NCBI GenBank assembly: GCA_041645165.1
Contig: JBAZQN010000011.1
Span: 1,254-65,253 of the forward strand
DNA length: 64,000 nucleotides
Source of the DNA: Patescibacteria group bacterium
GTDB taxonomy: Bacteria > Patescibacteriota > Patescibacteriia > 2-02-FULL-49-11
Direction of reading: 5' to 3'
The notes beneath the pieces were generated by a model that made no database searches, had not been told where the DNA came from, and saw nothing but the letters and a program-made list of their open reading frames with translations. Every line of letters begins with the position of its first letter. The stretch's first letter is position 1. The translations under genes and the position numbers were made by a program. Positions 37,139 to 48,078 of this stretch are shown here, one piece after another.

Positions 37139-39421
37139 ACTCAAAAATTGCCACACGATAAGGCCGTGCTTCATCCTCTTGCGTGGGGGGTTCTCATACC
37201 GCTTGCGCTGTGTTTGGTGACGCCGCTGTTGGTGCATTCTTCATTTATTTTCCCCTTTATCTCGACGAAGACTTTTTGGTTCCGCAGCTGGGTGGAAGTG
37301 GCCGCCGCATGCTACGCGATCCTCGCATTTAAAGTACCCGGTTACCGTCCGCGCTTTACGCCGGTCATGAAAGCGATTGCCGGATATTTTACAGTTGCGG
37401 TGATCGCGAGTTTGTTTGGAGAAAATCTCTATCGCAGTTTTTGGGGGAACATCGAACGCGGCGAAGGGCTCCTGACACTGATGCATGTATTTGTGTACGG
37501 ATTCTTATGTGCGCAGACTTTAAGGACCAAGAAGCTCTGGGAATATTTTTTTGCGGGCAGCCTAATCGTTGCTATCCTTGTGTCGCTCTATGGCATCGGC
37601 CAGCGTATGGGCGTGAGTTGGGTATTGCATTCAGGCGACACCAGGCTATCGGCGACTATCGGCAATGCATCGTTCCTTGCCGGGTACCTCCTTATGCATA
37701 CCTTCATAGCGCTTTGGTTCGCGCTGACCCCCCGTCATATCGTGTGGCAGATCACCGCGGGGATCGCGTATGTGTTTTTGTGGTACGTGACATATAATAC
37801 CGGCACGCGCGGCGCACTGATTGCAGGAATTATCGTCACCTCTCTTATGGGCTGCGTACTTGCATTCCGCGCGCGAACACGTAAAAGAGCAATACGATTA
37901 GCGACTATTGCTGCCGTGATGGTTGTTATCGGCATCACTGCAAGTATTTTTGTAAAGCGCGATGCGCCCTGGGTGCAGCAGAGCCCGACTCTGAGACGCA
38001 TAGCTTCCATATCCTTTTCAGATATAACCACGCAGTCCCGGTTGCTCACCTGGGAATCTTCGCTGAAAGGCCTGCGCGACCGTCCGCTCTTGGGATACGG
38101 CTATGAGAATTATAATATCGCGTTCAACCGTTATTTCAATCCGCTTATTTATCGGGATGCCGGTTCACAGGTGTGGTTTGATAGGGCGCATAATGTCATT
38201 TTTGATATTGCGCTTACTTCTGGCATAGTCGGTCTCCTTGCTTACTTTTTAATGTTTGGCATGGCGCTTCGCGCGGCGTGGCAATGCGCGCGGCGTGAAG
38301 AACTCGAATCCTCCGTGACAGGCGTGTTATTTGCAAGCCTCCTTATCGCGCACCTTCTCCAGAATCTTTTTGTGTTTGACATTCTCGCTACCTATATCCC
38401 TCTCATGTTGGTATTCGGATTTTTAGATGCAGTGAGCAGCAGGATCCCGTACTCAACGCAAGGCGCGATCGTACCCTCTGGCATGCCGAAATCGGGAGCA
38501 GCTCCCGCAGTGGCAACGATTATCGTGTTAATATTTACATGGTACCATTTTAACTATTTGCCTGCGTCAGTGAATCGCGAGGGGCTGGATGCGATGCGTA
38601 TGAGGATGGAAGGAAGGGGCGCAGAAGCGACTGATAAGTTTAAGAAAGTGATCGGGAGAGACACGTATCAGGCAGGCGAGATTCGGTTAAAGCTTGCCGA
38701 ACACGCGCTCGATATAAGGGCAGGCACGGGTTCAGTGACTGATGAAATTGCGGCAAATACCTTTAACGATGCGATTGATGAAGTTTTGAAAAATATTGAA
38801 GTTTCTCCCAAGGATGCACAGCTTTATTTATACCTCATGAATTTATATTATGCGGGGGGCAAGTATCAGTCAGATCGATTAGGCTTAATAGAGCGCGTAG
38901 GCAAGGAAGCGCTTGCGCTTACTCCCACAAGGCCGCAAACGTATTACCTCCTCGGTCAAGGCGCAGCGGGGAGGGGAGAGTATGAAAAAGCGGCGGATTA
39001 TTTTAAAACTGCAGTTGATTTAAACCCTGCAGTGGTTGAATCGCACTGGAACCTGTCGGTGGCATACCGCCTTGCTAACCGGAAAGACGACGAGCGGAAG
39101 GAATATGAGATCCTCGAAGGCATGGGAATGGGCTATGCGCAGAGAGAAAACCTTGCCGACATTGATCTTATGCGCCTTACGCAAGGCTATGCATCCCTTA
39201 GCGAATATGCGCGCCTTGCAGGCGTATATGAAGTGTTGGCGAGCCGTTATCCCACCAATGCGGAATATATCGCGAAACTGGCTGCCGCATACAAATCAGC
39301 AGGGGATTACCCGCGCGCGCGCGCCATTGCGGCCAAAATGCTTGAGCTTAAACCCGACATGAAAGCTGACGTAGAATCATTTCTCGCGGAAATTGAACAG
39401 GCGGAAAAGGGCAGCCAATAG
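37136..39421 (+). CDS. O-antigen ligase (Wzy_C) family protein with C-terminal TPRs
   Basis: RLSATIGN, TGTRGA, PLLGYG.ENY, DRAHN; TPR-like helices. Confidence 0.9.
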   Translation: MTQKLPHDKAVLHPLAWGVLIPLALCLVTPLLVHSSFIFPFISTKTFWFRSWVEVAAACYAILAFKVPGYRPRFTPVMKAIAGYFTVAVIASLFGENLYRSFWGNIERGEGLLTLMHVFVYGFLCAQTLRTKKLWEYFFAGSLIVAILVSLYGIGQRMGVSWVLHSGDTRLSATIGNASFLAGYLLMHTFIALWFALTPRHIVWQITAGIAYVFLWYVTYNTGTRGALIAGIIVTSLMGCVLAFRARTRKRAIRLATIAAVMVVIGITASIFVKRDAPWVQQSPTLRRIASISFSDITTQSRLLTWESSLKGLRDRPLLGYGYENYNIAFNRYFNPLIYRDAGSQVWFDRAHNVIFDIALTSGIVGLLAYFLMFGMALRAAWQCARREELESSVTGVLFASLLIAHLLQNLFVFDILATYIPLMLVFGFLDAVSSRIPYSTQGAIVPSGMPKSGAAPAVATIIVLIFTWYHFNYLPASVNREGLDAMRMRMEGRGAEATDKFKKVIGRDTYQAGEIRLKLAEHALDIRAGTGSVTDEIAANTFNDAIDEVLKNIEVSPKDAQLYLYLMNLYYAGGKYQSDRLGLIERVGKEALALTPTRPQTYYLLGQGAAGRGEYEKAADYFKTAVDLNPAVVESHWNLSVAYRLANRKDDERKEYEILEGMGMGYAQRENLADIDLMRLTQGYASLSEYARLAGVYEVLASRYPTNAEYIAKLAAAYKSAGDYPRARAIAAKMLELKPDMKADVESFLAEIEQAEKGSQ

Positions 39422-39425
39422 CTTT

Positions 39426-41600
39426 ATGGCGATTTTTATGGTTCATAAAATAAAATTAAAAATAATAGCCTGCTTTTTTGTTTTTACCATTTGCATCGGC
39501 ATTGATGGGTCAGGCACATCGCAATCAAGTTTAATGCATGACGAGCAGGAGGGGGTCATCCGCATGGCAGCAATTGCGGAAATCACTTCATCCGTCACGC
39601 GGACGCAAGCGACGGGTACCGTGGTCCCCAATGATCCTGATTTTTTTAAACAGGAATATTTGCAACGAATCAATGCGCCTGAAGCATGGGCGAGGAGCAC
39701 GGGCGCAGAGAGCATTATTGCCGCGGTCATTGATTCCGGCATTGACATCGCTCATCCGGATTTGAAGGACAATATTTGGGTTAATTACCGGGAAATACCG
39801 GGTAATCACGTTGATGACGACGTCAACGGTTATGTGGACGATGTGAACGGTTGGGATTTTATCACCAACACATCAGATCCTAGCCCGAAGTTTACCGAGC
39901 CGTATTCAAAATTAGGAATTAATCACGGCACTATAGTGGCAGGAGTGCTTGCCGCGCGGGGAAACAACAGCATGGGCATCGCAGGCATCGCATGGAAGAC
40001 GAAAATCATGGCGTTGAGAGTGCTTGATGGCGTCGGTGAAGGGCGCACTGATCAGGTAGCGGCCGCCATCAATTATGCGAGGGCAAACGGCGCACGTATT
40101 ATCAACTTGAGCTTCGTCGGACATGATTCCAGCGTGACTATGACCCAGGCGATTTCTGATGCATGGAAAGCAGGCATTCTCATAGTCGCCGCGGCCGGTA
40201 ATGAAGTGAGAGAAGGCATCAATCTTGACGTGACCCCTGCGTACCCCGTATGCCAGTCAGGCACGAATGGGGAGAATTGGGTATTTGGCGTGACCTCAGT
40301 CGATTTGGCGGACCGGCGCGCAAATTTTTCAAATTATGGCAGGCGCTGCGTGGACGTGGCAGCACCGGGCATGTCTGTGTATTCTACGGTGGTGTTTAGG
40401 CCATCGATCATGGGTTATGATGAACCTTACTCGGGCTGGTGGACAGGCACGTCTGTGGCGGTGCCGCAGGTCTCCGGTCTTGCGGCCCTTATTTGGTCCA
40501 TAAAACCTACTTTTACTCTGAGTCAGGTTCAGGATATCATAAAAGAACAGGCGCAGGATATTGATAATAATAATCCGGAAATCGGCGGCCTTTTGGGGCG
40601 CGGAAGGGTGGATATGTATGCATCGCTTGAAAAAGCGATAGCGACCACCCCTGGGTCTAGAGAGGATTATCCCAAGATTTCATCAGGTCCTGCCCCCTCA
40701 TTTATCATTGTGGCACAAAAGTCAGTGGAAGCGCCTGAGGTAAAGGTTTATAATAATAAGACAGAGCTTATAAAAAGTTTTTACGCCTACAATAAGGCAT
40801 CACGCATCGCCGTCAACATTGCGGCCGCTGACCTAGACGGTGACCGTGAGCTTGATGTGGTGACAGGGGTAGGGAAAGGCGGCGCGCCGCAGGTGAATAT
40901 TTTTTCGCTCCAAGGTGTCCTTAAGTCATCCTTTTATGCGTATAACCCGACCTATCTGCGGGGATTCAGCGTCGCCGCAGGCGATGTGGACGGTGACGGG
41001 TATAAGGAAATCGTGACCGCTCCCATGCCCGGCGGCGGGCCGCATATAAGGATTTTTTCTTTTGATGGGAGGCTGAAGAGCCAATTTTTCGCTTTTGAGG
41101 AAAGTACGCGGTATGGGACGAGTGTCGCGACTGGCGATATGGATGGCGATGGTGTGGATGAAATTATTGTGGGTTCTGGCCAGGGCAGGTCTGCAGCAGT
41201 GCGGGTGTTTACCTGGAAAGGGATTTTGAAGCGAGAACTCATTGTGTTCCCTGAATCTTTCGCGGGAGGTGTTTCTGTAGCCACTATCGATTTAGAAGGT
41301 GATAACAAAAAAGAGATTGTCGTGGGCGCGGGACCAGGCGGAGGTCCGCAGGTGAGGATCATCAATCAGGATGGCGGCGTTTTGATGCAATTTTTCGCAT
41401 TTGCGCGGGCGTTTAAAGGGGGAGTACAGGTCGCAAGCGGCGATGTGAATCAGGACCGCCGTGATGAAATAATTGTAGGCGCAGGGACGGGTGGGGGACC
41501 GCAGGTGAGGGTATTTAATTCTTATGGTTCACTCATGACCCAATTTTTTTCTTTTGCGTCTAGTTATCGCGGCGGAGTAAACGTGGCCAGCGGGCAGTGA
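39426..41600 (+). CDS. S8 subtilisin-like protease with FG-GAP/VCBS-like repeats
   Basis: AVIDSG, HGT, GTSVAVP catalytic motifs; repeated GDVDGDG..EI..G.GGGP. Confidence 0.92.
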   Translation: MAIFMVHKIKLKIIACFFVFTICIGIDGSGTSQSSLMHDEQEGVIRMAAIAEITSSVTRTQATGTVVPNDPDFFKQEYLQRINAPEAWARSTGAESIIAAVIDSGIDIAHPDLKDNIWVNYREIPGNHVDDDVNGYVDDVNGWDFITNTSDPSPKFTEPYSKLGINHGTIVAGVLAARGNNSMGIAGIAWKTKIMALRVLDGVGEGRTDQVAAAINYARANGARIINLSFVGHDSSVTMTQAISDAWKAGILIVAAAGNEVREGINLDVTPAYPVCQSGTNGENWVFGVTSVDLADRRANFSNYGRRCVDVAAPGMSVYSTVVFRPSIMGYDEPYSGWWTGTSVAVPQVSGLAALIWSIKPTFTLSQVQDIIKEQAQDIDNNNPEIGGLLGRGRVDMYASLEKAIATTPGSREDYPKISSGPAPSFIIVAQKSVEAPEVKVYNNKTELIKSFYAYNKASRIAVNIAAADLDGDRELDVVTGVGKGGAPQVNIFSLQGVLKSSFYAYNPTYLRGFSVAAGDVDGDGYKEIVTAPMPGGGPHIRIFSFDGRLKSQFFAFEESTRYGTSVATGDMDGDGVDEIIVGSGQGRSAAVRVFTWKGILKRELIVFPESFAGGVSVATIDLEGDNKKEIVVGAGPGGGPQVRIINQDGGVLMQFFAFARAFKGGVQVASGDVNQDRRDEIIVGAGTGGGPQVRVFNSYGSLMTQFFSFASSYRGGVNVASGQ

Positions 41601-41713
41601 GGTAATTGAAAATCAAAATGTAAAATTCAAAACTCAAAATTATGGAGTCCCGCATTAGCGGGACGTAATACCATCATTTTGATTTTTGATTTTTGGATTT
41701 TAACTTTATTTAT

Positions 41714-42730
41714 ATGTCCGTATTTTACGTTTCAGGGAGGCCAAATATTATTGTGACCGGCGCGGCAGGGTTTTTGGGATCGCATCTTGTCGAGATGCTT
41801 CTCAAAAGCGCGAACGTGATCGGCATAGATAATTTTATCACCGGAGACGAACGAAATATCGACACCTTCCTTTCTGACCCTCATTTTGAATTTATCCGCC
41901 ATGATCTGACCGTGCCCATTGATGTGCGGGTATTGCCAGAGCTTAAAAAATTTAAAGCAGCGGTTCAAGGAATCCAGCAGGTCTATCACCTCGCATGCCC
42001 GACCTCGCCAAAAGAATATAACCGCATACCGATTGAGACGCTTAATGCCAATGCCTATGCCACTAAAAATATGCTTGACTTGGCACAGCAGCATAAGGCA
42101 AGATTCCTGTTCACCTCCTCGAGTGCGGTCTATGGCGAACCGAGCGAAAATGCCCCGGTGCCGGAGAAGTGGTGGGGGTACGTCGACCCTGTCGGGCCTC
42201 GTTCGGCGTATAATGAGGGAAAGCGTTTTGCCGAAGCGATCTGCGCCAATTACCGGAATACCTACAGCATGGAGGTGGTAATTGTGAGGATTTTCAATAC
42301 GTTCGGGCCGCGGATGAAGCTCAATGACGGCCGTTTAATTCCTGATCTTATACGGGCGGCATTCAGGAACGAGCCGTTGGTGATCAATGGAGATAAAAAT
42401 GCGATTTCGACATTTTGTTATGTCACCGACATGATCGATGGCATATTGAAAGCGATGGAGGCGAATATGAATCAGCCGGTGAATCTGGGAAGCGATGACC
42501 CAAAACCGATCCGTGAAGTCGCAGAGATGATAGTGCGCCTTGCGAAGTCTACATCTATCATTGAATATCAACCGCACTTGCCCTATACCTCCCGCCAGCT
42601 TACCCCTGATATTGGGGTTGCGCGCAATGAATTAAGCTGGTGGCCCATGGTGGCGCTGGAGGAGGGATTGAGCCAAACAGTCGAATATATGCGCTCCATG
42701 ACGCATGTGTATGATATTGAAAGAGAGTAG
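41714..42730 (+). CDS. NAD-dependent epimerase/dehydratase, UDP-glucuronate decarboxylase-like
   Basis: GAAGFLGSHL, HLACPTSP, YNEGKR, RIFNTFGPRM. Confidence 0.88.
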   Translation: MSVFYVSGRPNIIVTGAAGFLGSHLVEMLLKSANVIGIDNFITGDERNIDTFLSDPHFEFIRHDLTVPIDVRVLPELKKFKAAVQGIQQVYHLACPTSPKEYNRIPIETLNANAYATKNMLDLAQQHKARFLFTSSSAVYGEPSENAPVPEKWWGYVDPVGPRSAYNEGKRFAEAICANYRNTYSMEVVIVRIFNTFGPRMKLNDGRLIPDLIRAAFRNEPLVINGDKNAISTFCYVTDMIDGILKAMEANMNQPVNLGSDDPKPIREVAEMIVRLAKSTSIIEYQPHLPYTSRQLTPDIGVARNELSWWPMVALEEGLSQTVEYMRSMTHVYDIERE

Positions 42731-42878
42731 AAGGAAAATATAAATCGAAGTTCTAAATCCGAAACCCTAAACCCTAAACACCCCATCGACTCGGCTCAGG
42801 GTGACAAAGCGGTTGTCATGGTGAGCCGAGTCGAACCATGTTTAGAGTTTAGAGCTTAGAATTTAGAGTTTATTCAAT

Positions 42879-44060
42879 ATGCAAAAGTCAAAACATTATA
42901 TCTTTACTTCAGAATCAGTAACCGAGGGGCATCCGGACAAAGTCTGCGACCAGGTGTCTGACGCCGTGCTCGACGCGATTTATAAAAATGATCCCTATGC
43001 GCGCGTGGCGTGCGAATGTTTGACTACGACCGGGCTGTTGGTGGTCGCGGGAGAAATCACGACGACCACGTATGTAGATGTCCCCGGCATCGCGCGCAAA
43101 GTTATCCGTGATATCGGCTACAACGATCCTGCCTACGGATTCGATGCTGATTCTTGCGGCGTGATTACCTCCATACATGAGCAAAGCCCAGATATCGCGC
43201 AAGGCGTGGTGGACGGCGAAGGGAAAAAAGGAGAAGGCGCCAGGGAAGTGAAAGGCGCCGGCGACCAAGGGTTGATGTTTGGATATGCCATCAGGGAAAC
43301 AAAAGAGCTTATGCCCCTTCCTATCATGCTCGCGCACAAGCTCGCGCGCCGCTTGGCGCAGGTGAGGAAGGAAGGAGTGCTTCCCTATTTGCGGCCTGAC
43401 GGCAAGACAGAGGTGGCGGTTGAATATGTCAATGGTAAAGCAGTGCGACTTGCCTCGGTTGTCATTGCGGCGCAGCACAATCCCGAGGTGGATGAGTTTA
43501 CCGTGCAGAATGATGTGGTGCAGAAAGTCATTAAGCCTGTATGCGGGAAATTGTTTGACCGAAAAACGCAAGTATTTGTAAATGCCACGGGAAAATTCGT
43601 GATTGGAGGCCCTGCGGGCGATACCGGTCTCACCGGAAGAAAAATCATCGTGGACACCTACGGCGGGCACGGGGCGCACGGCGGCGGTTGCTTCTCGGGC
43701 AAAGACCCTTCCAAGGTGGATCGCTCCGCTTCCTATATGGCGCGTTACGTTGCCAAGAATATCGTAGCCGCACGGCTCGCGGACCGCTGTGAAGTGCAGT
43801 TGGCCTATGTGATAGGGGTAAAAGACCCGGTGAGCATACTCGTGGATACCAAAGGAACAGGAAAAGTGCCTGATGAGAAACTCGCAATGGCAGTGCGCGA
43901 AGTGTTTCCCTTGGATCCCGCGGGGATTATCAAGCATCTCAAACTTCGCCGTCCCATATACCTCAAAACCGCTGCCTACGGCCACTTCGGCCGCTTGGAA
44001 CCTACGTTTACATGGGAAAAGACGGATAAGGTTAATCAATTAAAGAAGAGGTTAAAATAG
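42879..44060 (+). CDS. metK: S-adenosylmethionine synthetase
   Basis: [28 protein letters not shown]. Confidence 0.99.
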   Translation: MQKSKHYIFTSESVTEGHPDKVCDQVSDAVLDAIYKNDPYARVACECLTTTGLLVVAGEITTTTYVDVPGIARKVIRDIGYNDPAYGFDADSCGVITSIHEQSPDIAQGVVDGEGKKGEGAREVKGAGDQGLMFGYAIRETKELMPLPIMLAHKLARRLAQVRKEGVLPYLRPDGKTEVAVEYVNGKAVRLASVVIAAQHNPEVDEFTVQNDVVQKVIKPVCGKLFDRKTQVFVNATGKFVIGGPAGDTGLTGRKIIVDTYGGHGAHGGGCFSGKDPSKVDRSASYMARYVAKNIVAARLADRCEVQLAYVIGVKDPVSILVDTKGTGKVPDEKLAMAVREVFPLDPAGIIKHLKLRRPIYLKTAAYGHFGRLEPTFTWEKTDKVNQLKKRLK

Positions 44061-44064
44061 ATTT

Positions 44065-44640
44065 ATGTCTAAGCAAGAGATTCCAGACGGCGGAACTTAC
44101 GAGGAAGACATAGAAAAAAAAGAGCTGGAAAAACCAGTGATTCACTTTGTTTGTCAGCAAGGTAGTTCATCAGGTGAACTATGTAGAAAAGTGGAAGATA
44201 ATATGGAAAGAAATATGGCAGAATTGAAGAAATTAATAAAGTTTAAGGTAGATCCATCTGACGAAATAGGTTTATACCCCACATTACAATATGTTATGAA
44301 ATTATTAGACTCAAATCCAAATGACATTGTTGTTTTTTCCATAGGTAATATTTATGATGTTTTAAAAAAGGTAGAATCGTATAAATCCGATAAAGTCTGG
44401 TTGTCAAGTGTTGAAGAAATGGAGATTATTATTGAAAGGCTTCGTGCCGAATTGGCAAAAGAGCATAGCAGGCTTCTAAGTCTTCCAAAGTTTTATCCTA
44501 TACTAACAGGAGCAGAAGAAGAAGAAGAAAAAGAGATACAATTATTGGCGGAGAAGATAGTAAATTTAGCTGAATTTTTAGCATCACAAAAAGTGCAGAT
44601 ACTGAAGGAAGAGGGGGATACACTCAAGATCAAAGAATAA
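44065..44640 (+). CDS. Hypothetical AT-rich orphan protein
   Basis: 191-aa ORF tightly packed between metK and the epimerase gene; lower GC. Confidence 0.65.
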   Translation: MSKQEIPDGGTYEEDIEKKELEKPVIHFVCQQGSSSGELCRKVEDNMERNMAELKKLIKFKVDPSDEIGLYPTLQYVMKLLDSNPNDIVVFSIGNIYDVLKKVESYKSDKVWLSSVEEMEIIIERLRAELAKEHSRLLSLPKFYPILTGAEEEEEKEIQLLAEKIVNLAEFLASQKVQILKEEGDTLKIKE

Positions 44641-44652
44641 AATTTAAAATTT

Positions 44653-45597
44653 ATGGAAATAATTGTCACCGGCGGAGCGGGGTTTATCGGATCGCATGTT
44701 GTGGATGCGCTGATTGGGCGTGGATTTCAGGTAACGGTGATTGATAATCTTATTACTGGCAAGCGGGCAAACGTGCACAAAATAGCTAAGCTGATTAGGT
44801 TGGATGTCAGAAACCCTAAACTTAATAATTTATTTAAAACAATAAAACCTGTATACGTTTTTCATCTTGCAGCGCAAATGGACGTGAAAAAATCATTGAG
44901 AGAGCCGCTTTTTGACGCGAGTGTGAACATATTAGGATCGCTCAACGTGATTAAATCAGCTGCTGATGTTGGGGTGAAAAAATTTATCTTTACCTCAACT
45001 GGCGGCGCAGTCTACGGCGACACATCAATTATTCCCACACCCGAAACAGTACCCGAGGCGCCCATTTCACCATATGGGGTGGCAAAGCTCGCGGTAGATA
45101 AATACCTCCATCAATTTTGGCACGTTGCAGGCATGCCCTATGTGAGCTTGAGATTTGGCAACGTGTATGGACCGCGCCAGCGTGCTGACGGCGAGGCGGG
45201 CGTGGTGGCAATCTTTGCAGGAAGGCTCGTACGCGGATTGCCCTGCGCGATAAATGGGAGCGGTAAACAAACGCGCGATTTCGTATATGTGGGCGATGTA
45301 GTAGATGCGGCTATGAAGGCAATGTATAAACCTTTTGTGGGCACGGTCAACATTGCAACAGGGAAGGAATCATCGGTAAATACGGTATATATGTTGTTGG
45401 CGAAAAACATACAGACGCGTTTGAAGGCCACACATAATCCTGCGATTCAGGGGGAGCAAATGCGCAGCGTGCTAGATTGGAAAAAAGCGAAAAAAGTGCT
45501 AGGATGGAAGCCGAAGGTGAATTTAGAGGAAGGATTGAGGAGAACTATTGCATGGCATTGTCATAATGCAAAAATCAAAAATCAAAAATCAAAATGA
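44653..45597 (+). CDS. UDP-glucose 4-epimerase-like SDR
   Basis: GGAGFIGSH, STGGAVYG, YGVAK, NVYGPRQ. Confidence 0.92.
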   Translation: MEIIVTGGAGFIGSHVVDALIGRGFQVTVIDNLITGKRANVHKIAKLIRLDVRNPKLNNLFKTIKPVYVFHLAAQMDVKKSLREPLFDASVNILGSLNVIKSAADVGVKKFIFTSTGGAVYGDTSIIPTPETVPEAPISPYGVAKLAVDKYLHQFWHVAGMPYVSLRFGNVYGPRQRADGEAGVVAIFAGRLVRGLPCAINGSGKQTRDFVYVGDVVDAAMKAMYKPFVGTVNIATGKESSVNTVYMLLAKNIQTRLKATHNPAIQGEQMRSVLDWKKAKKVLGWKPKVNLEEGLRRTIAWHCHNAKIKNQKSK

Positions 45598-45658
45598 TAG
45601 ATCAAAATTTATAAATTTTGTATTCTCATTTTGCATTTTGAGATTTACATTTTGATTT

Positions 45659-46336
45659 ATGACTGTGGTAGTTGTAATTCCCGCTTTTAACGAATCTCGG
45701 ACCATTGCCGAAGTTATCCATGGCTGTTTGCAGCACGCGAGTGAGGTCATGGTCATAAATGACGGTTCGTGCGATGATACTGCGCTGCGCGCGCGTCAGG
45801 CAGGCGCTGCTGTTTTTGAGCATATGGTGAACAGGGGATATGGCGCGGCATTGCAAACCGGCATACAGGCGGCGCTTATGCGCGGTGCGGACATCATCGT
45901 GACCATTGATGCGGACGGCCAGCATGAGCCGGAAGAGATCATAAAGGTTATTGAGCCGCTCCAAAAAGGCGAAGCTGATATCGTGATAGGCGACAGGTTC
46001 GGTACGCAGTCAAAGCGCGAAGGAATGAGTTTATTAAGAAAAGCCTACATTACCGCGGGGAACCTCCTCACATGGATCCTCTACGGCGTATGGCTCTCTG
46101 ATACCCAGTCGGGATTCCGCGCTTATACGCGCAATGCGTTAAGAAATTTGCAGACTCATGCACAGGGTATGGAATTTTCTTCTGAAATCATTGGAGAAGC
46201 GGCTAGACTGGGTTTGAGAATTGCGACTATCCCCATCACAGTGCGCTATACTGACTATTCGATAGGAAAGGGGCAGAATATATCTACAGGTATTGGGACT
46301 GCATTTCGGCTGTTCTTAAGAAGAATTTTGAGATAA
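45659..46336 (+). CDS. GT2 glycosyltransferase (DPM1-like)
   Basis: IPAFNE, DGSCD, DADGQH, DTQSGFR. Confidence 0.93.
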   Translation: MTVVVVIPAFNESRTIAEVIHGCLQHASEVMVINDGSCDDTALRARQAGAAVFEHMVNRGYGAALQTGIQAALMRGADIIVTIDADGQHEPEEIIKVIEPLQKGEADIVIGDRFGTQSKREGMSLLRKAYITAGNLLTWILYGVWLSDTQSGFRAYTRNALRNLQTHAQGMEFSSEIIGEAARLGLRIATIPITVRYTDYSIGKGQNISTGIGTAFRLFLRRILR

Positions 46337-46474
46337 TATAAAGCGTCGAGGTATAAGAAACAAGATACAAGAAACAAACATCAAGCTACAAGATACAATA
46401 ACCAATATTGGTGTTTGTGAGTTGGTTATTGGTGATTATTTGATGATTGTTTCTTGGTAATTGATTATTTACAT

Positions 46475-46858
46475 ATGGTTTTCCAGATCATCGCGTGCGC
46501 GTTAATCATATTGATTGTGGGGCGGATCGCATGGCAATTCCGCCGAGGCACGATCAGCGGGAAAGAATTTTTCTTTTGGTCGTTTTTTTGGGTGCTTGCC
46601 GCGGCGGCCATACTCGTGCCCAACGCCTTAACCATGATCGCGAATATATTAGGCATCGGGCGGGGGACTGACCTCGCATTTTACGGCTCATTCGTCATCG
46701 TCGCCTATGTGCTCTTCAGAATTGTGGTACGGATGGATAAGATGGAAAGGGATATCACAAAAGTAGTGAGACATTTGGCGCTTGATGATACGCATCAGGT
46801 ATCACGTATTAAGTATCAGGGGACTGACCGCGATACGCTTGAGAATCGTGATACGTAA
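46475..46858 (+). CDS. DUF2304 family membrane protein
   Basis: LGIGRGTD, ITKVVRHLAL; typical partner of DPM1-like GT2. Confidence 0.85.
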   Translation: MVFQIIACALIILIVGRIAWQFRRGTISGKEFFFWSFFWVLAAAAILVPNALTMIANILGIGRGTDLAFYGSFVIVAYVLFRIVVRMDKMERDITKVVRHLALDDTHQVSRIKYQGTDRDTLENRDT

Positions 46859-46889
46859 TACCTAATACCTAATACTTACTATTATCACC

Positions 46890-48044
46890 ATGCCCCGCGT
46901 CGCCGTGATCATAGTCACCTATAATAGCGCCCGGTTCCTCCCGGAACTTTTCGTAAGCCTTAAGGCCATGCAGCATCCCGCCGGCGGGGTGCAGTTTATT
47001 TTTGTGGACAATGCTTCTGCCGATCACAGTCCAGAATTGGTACGCGAGGCAATGCCGGATGCGGCATTGGTTCGTGAAAAAGAAAATAGAGGATTTTCTG
47101 CAGGTGTGAATGCAGGCTTGAGGCACCCGTTGGCGCAAGGCGTGGAATTTATCGCGCTTCTCAATCCTGACACGGTGGTGCATCCGGATTGGCTCACGGC
47201 CCTCGTGAACGCGTTGGAAGGACAGCGTAAGGCTGTCTCTGCTCAATCTCTTATTCTTTACGCGCAGGATCGCGAGAAGGTAAATTCAGCGGGAAATAGT
47301 ATCCACTTTTTAGGGTTTGGTTTTAGTCAAGCTAACGGGCAGTCCCGATCTGTCATTCTGAACGAAGTCCCGATACCATCGGGACGGAATGAGGAATCGC
47401 CCACGAATGTGGGCTCGCATACGCGAGAGATCCTTCGTCCCGATGCGCTTGGGACTCAGGATGACGTTAAACTCAGCACACATTTCATCACCTACGCGAG
47501 CGGGGCTGCAGTGCTGTACCGACACAATGCGTTGAAGGAAATTGGTTTATTCGACGAAAACCTTTTTATGTACCATGATGATCTTGACGTGGGGTGGAAA
47601 TTTTTGTTACGCGGATACCAGAATATTTTAGTACCCTCCTCGATAGTTTATCATCATTACGAATTTTCACGCAGCATCCGGAAATATTACTGGATAGAGC
47701 GCAATAGGCTCTTGCTCCTGCTTACGCATTATAAATTCAGCACCCTGTTATTAATTTTACCCGCATTAATTATTCTTGAATTCGGGTTGATGTTTTTCGC
47801 GCTCTACCGCGGTTTTTTTGGCGCGCGACTGCGTGCGTACGTATGGATATTTGTTCATGTGCCTTTAATTATGAAAAAACATAAATACGTGCAGAATATA
47901 AGAACACAGCCTGATAAGGCCGTACTTGGATCATTTACCGGTGTCATTACTGACCAAGAGATAAGCAATCCTCTTGTGGAATATGTTATGAATCCGGTGT
48001 TTGCATTATATCTTGCCTTTCTCCGTTATGTTATACGATGGTAG
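46890..48044 (+). CDS. GT2 glycosyltransferase with in-frame palindromic insert
   Basis: VTYNS, VDNASAD, LLNPDT, FDENLFMYHDD. Confidence 0.92.
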   Translation: MPRVAVIIVTYNSARFLPELFVSLKAMQHPAGGVQFIFVDNASADHSPELVREAMPDAALVREKENRGFSAGVNAGLRHPLAQGVEFIALLNPDTVVHPDWLTALVNALEGQRKAVSAQSLILYAQDREKVNSAGNSIHFLGFGFSQANGQSRSVILNEVPIPSGRNEESPTNVGSHTREILRPDALGTQDDVKLSTHFITYASGAAVLYRHNALKEIGLFDENLFMYHDDLDVGWKFLLRGYQNILVPSSIVYHHYEFSRSIRKYYWIERNRLLLLLTHYKFSTLLLILPALIILEFGLMFFALYRGFFGARLRAYVWIFVHVPLIMKKHKYVQNIRTQPDKAVLGSFTGVITDQEISNPLVEYVMNPVFALYLAFLRYVIRW

Positions 48045-48078
48045 GGGCAGAAAATTTTCTGCCCCTACAAGTGAATTT

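Noticed and set aside
42731-42878. SAM riboswitch upstream of metK
   Set aside because: The spacer is a heptamer array with a nested TCGACTCGGCTCA palindrome; no riboswitch consensus is visible.
42915-44039. Long antisense ORFs (also 58185-59072, 31308-31991, 9620-10267)
   Set aside because: Shadow frames opposite metK, dnaJ, ahcY and the CA-like gene, with no recognisable motifs.
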